Shown one piece after another: positions 49,782 through 51,337 of a DNA stretch of 51,337 nt. How positions within the stretch are numbered: the stretch's first letter is position 1; each line of letters begins with the position of its first letter. Origin of the DNA: Verrucomicrobiota bacterium (GTDB lineage Bacteria; Verrucomicrobiota; Verrucomicrobiia; Verrucomicrobiales; DEV007); assembly GCA_045046875.1 (NCBI GenBank), contig JASFYY010000036.1:1-51337 (forward strand), in the 5' to 3' direction. A model generated the notes under the pieces. That model was not told the DNA's origin. It saw only the letters and a list, made by a program, of their open reading frames with translations, and made no database searches. A program made the translations under genes and the position numbers.

Positions 49782-51158
49782 ATGTCCACACCTGTTCGCA
49801 CTCGTTTTGCCCCGTCACCTACCGGGCACCTTCACATCGGCTCCGCCCGCACCGCTCTTTTCAACTGGCTGCATGCCCGCCACCACGGCGGCACTTTTGT
49901 CCTGCGCGTCGAAGACACCGATGCCGCACGCAATACCGAAGCCTCGCGTGATGCGATCCTCTCCGGTCTCGAATGGCTCGGCATGGACTGGGACGAAGGC
50001 CCGAATGTCGGCGGTGACTACGGCCCTTATTTTCAGAGCGAGCGCAATGAAATCTACGACCGCTACCTGGCCCAGCTCGAAGCCGCCGGACGTTGTTACA
50101 AAGATGAAAGCGGCGCGACCCGCTTTCGCATGCCCAACGAGCCGGTCACCATCAATGACCTCATCTGTGGCTCACAGACCATCAACCTGAAAGAACAAGG
50201 TGCCACCCGCTGGGATGCCGAGCTCAAAAAAGACGTGCCCGCCAACCCCGATCTGGTCATCCGCCGCGCCGATGGTTCGTATATTTTTCACTTCGTCAAT
50301 GTCGTCGATGACATCGACATGAAAATCACCCACGTGATCCGTGGTGAAGACCACCTTTCCAATACCCCCAAACACGCCGCGCTGTTCGAAGCACTCGGCG
50401 CGCCCCTGCCCATCTTCGCCCACATCCCGCTCAATCTGAACGCCGACGGCTCCAAAATGAGCAAGCGTGATCAGGGCGCATCGATCACCGACTACATCGA
50501 ACAAGGTTTTCTGTCCTCTGCCGTGTGCAACTACATCGCCCTGCTCGGTTGGTCGCCAAAAGATGACGAAGAGATTTTCACCCTCGAAGAACTGGTGAAA
50601 CGTTTTGATCTCAGTGGAATCAACCGCTCCAACTCCCGCTTCGATTTCAAAAAATGTCTCTGGCTCAACGGCGAACACCTGCGCCGCCTCGATGCCGATG
50701 AGCTCTTGAAAAAAGCCACTCCCTTTTTGCAGGATAAAAATATCGCCCTCGATGATGATCGCCTGCCCGCGGCCTTGCAACTCATTCGTCAACGAGCCGA
50801 GACCCTGGAACAGATCCCTTCAGGCATCGCTCCCATCTTCGAAGGCCAGATAGAAATCGATCCCGACGCCCTCGCTAAAATATCAGGCCGCGAAAATATC
50901 ATCGCCGTGCTGCAAGGTCTTCACGATTCCTTTTCCGCTACTGCAGCAGGATGGACCGAAGACTCAATCAAAGCAGAGATCGTTGCCACAGCCGAAAAAC
51001 TCGAGCTCAAAATGGGAGCCCTCATGCTGCCCTGCCGCATCGCCACCACCGGCAAAGCCGGAGGCCCCGACCTGATGCCCTTACTGGTTTTAATCGGACA
51101 ACAACGTGTGCTTGACCGCCTCACCACTCTAATCACAACATTAAACTCATCATCGTAA
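49782..51158 (+). CDS. gltX: Glutamate--tRNA ligase
   Basis: RTRFAPSPTG, HIGS, RVEDTD, THVIRGEDH, KMSKR; ATG 49782 preferred. Confidence 0.96.
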   Translation: MSTPVRTRFAPSPTGHLHIGSARTALFNWLHARHHGGTFVLRVEDTDAARNTEASRDAILSGLEWLGMDWDEGPNVGGDYGPYFQSERNEIYDRYLAQLEAAGRCYKDESGATRFRMPNEPVTINDLICGSQTINLKEQGATRWDAELKKDVPANPDLVIRRADGSYIFHFVNVVDDIDMKITHVIRGEDHLSNTPKHAALFEALGAPLPIFAHIPLNLNADGSKMSKRDQGASITDYIEQGFLSSAVCNYIALLGWSPKDDEEIFTLEELVKRFDLSGINRSNSRFDFKKCLWLNGEHLRRLDADELLKKATPFLQDKNIALDDDRLPAALQLIRQRAETLEQIPSGIAPIFEGQIEIDPDALAKISGRENIIAVLQGLHDSFSATAAGWTEDSIKAEIVATAEKLELKMGALMLPCRIATTGKAGGPDLMPLLVLIGQQRVLDRLTTLITTLNSSS

Positions 51159-51283
51159 CCCGATGATGCCTCCTAGCTGTCTCCGCTTCAGCTCCTTGCC
51201 CATGAACAGTCACCCGGGACAACACACATCACTCCCCTCCACCATTAGTGATTCACAACATTTCAGAGCTCGTTTTCAAATAA

Positions 51284-51337
51284 ACATCAGTGCTTATCAA
51301 TGATAATCAGTGGTTTGAAAATTTGTTAACCACTGAT
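51284..51337. repeat. Intergenic repeat/hairpin (ATCAGTG variant of the ~10-nt-period family), truncated at window end
   Basis: atcagtgctt atcaatgata atcagtggtt ... aaccactgat (10-bp perfect inverted repeat). Confidence 0.65.

Overview
Bacterial chromosomal window of about 35 genes plus one tRNA-Gln(TTG). Gene content (DUF1549/DUF1553 cytochrome + DUF1501, large PQQ-like propeller proteins, Ser/Thr kinase, bactofilins) points to the PVC superphylum, probably Verrucomicrobia (inference). Left to right: a two-partner secretion pair (TpsB plus the 5' end of a TpsA that the ORF track missed); a CobW GTPase / radical SAM / HdrA-N-like Cys protein / PQQ-propeller cluster; Tat-exported Hyi; tRNA-Gln; gpmI; a divergent Opp-type ABC system with a degenerate ATPase; ExbD-domain genes; an FAD oxidoreductase; DUF1553-DUF1501; a disulfide oxidoreductase; a run of two bactofilins, FHA-adenylate cyclase, RCC1 Ser/Thr kinase and two PilT-like ATPases; a second, circularly permuted PQQ-propeller protein; a repeat-rich accessory patch; a NagB-like gene with araB-araD but no araA; and gltX. 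Best candidates for undescribed systems: (1) the bactofilin-cyclase-kinase-PilT signalling module, (2) the metallo-maturation cluster for Cys-rich propeller proteins, (3) a NagB-fold enzyme in the AraA position, (4) a gene bracketed cassette-like by a ~62-bp direct repeat. All assignments come from motif recognition by eye; no database searches were run.
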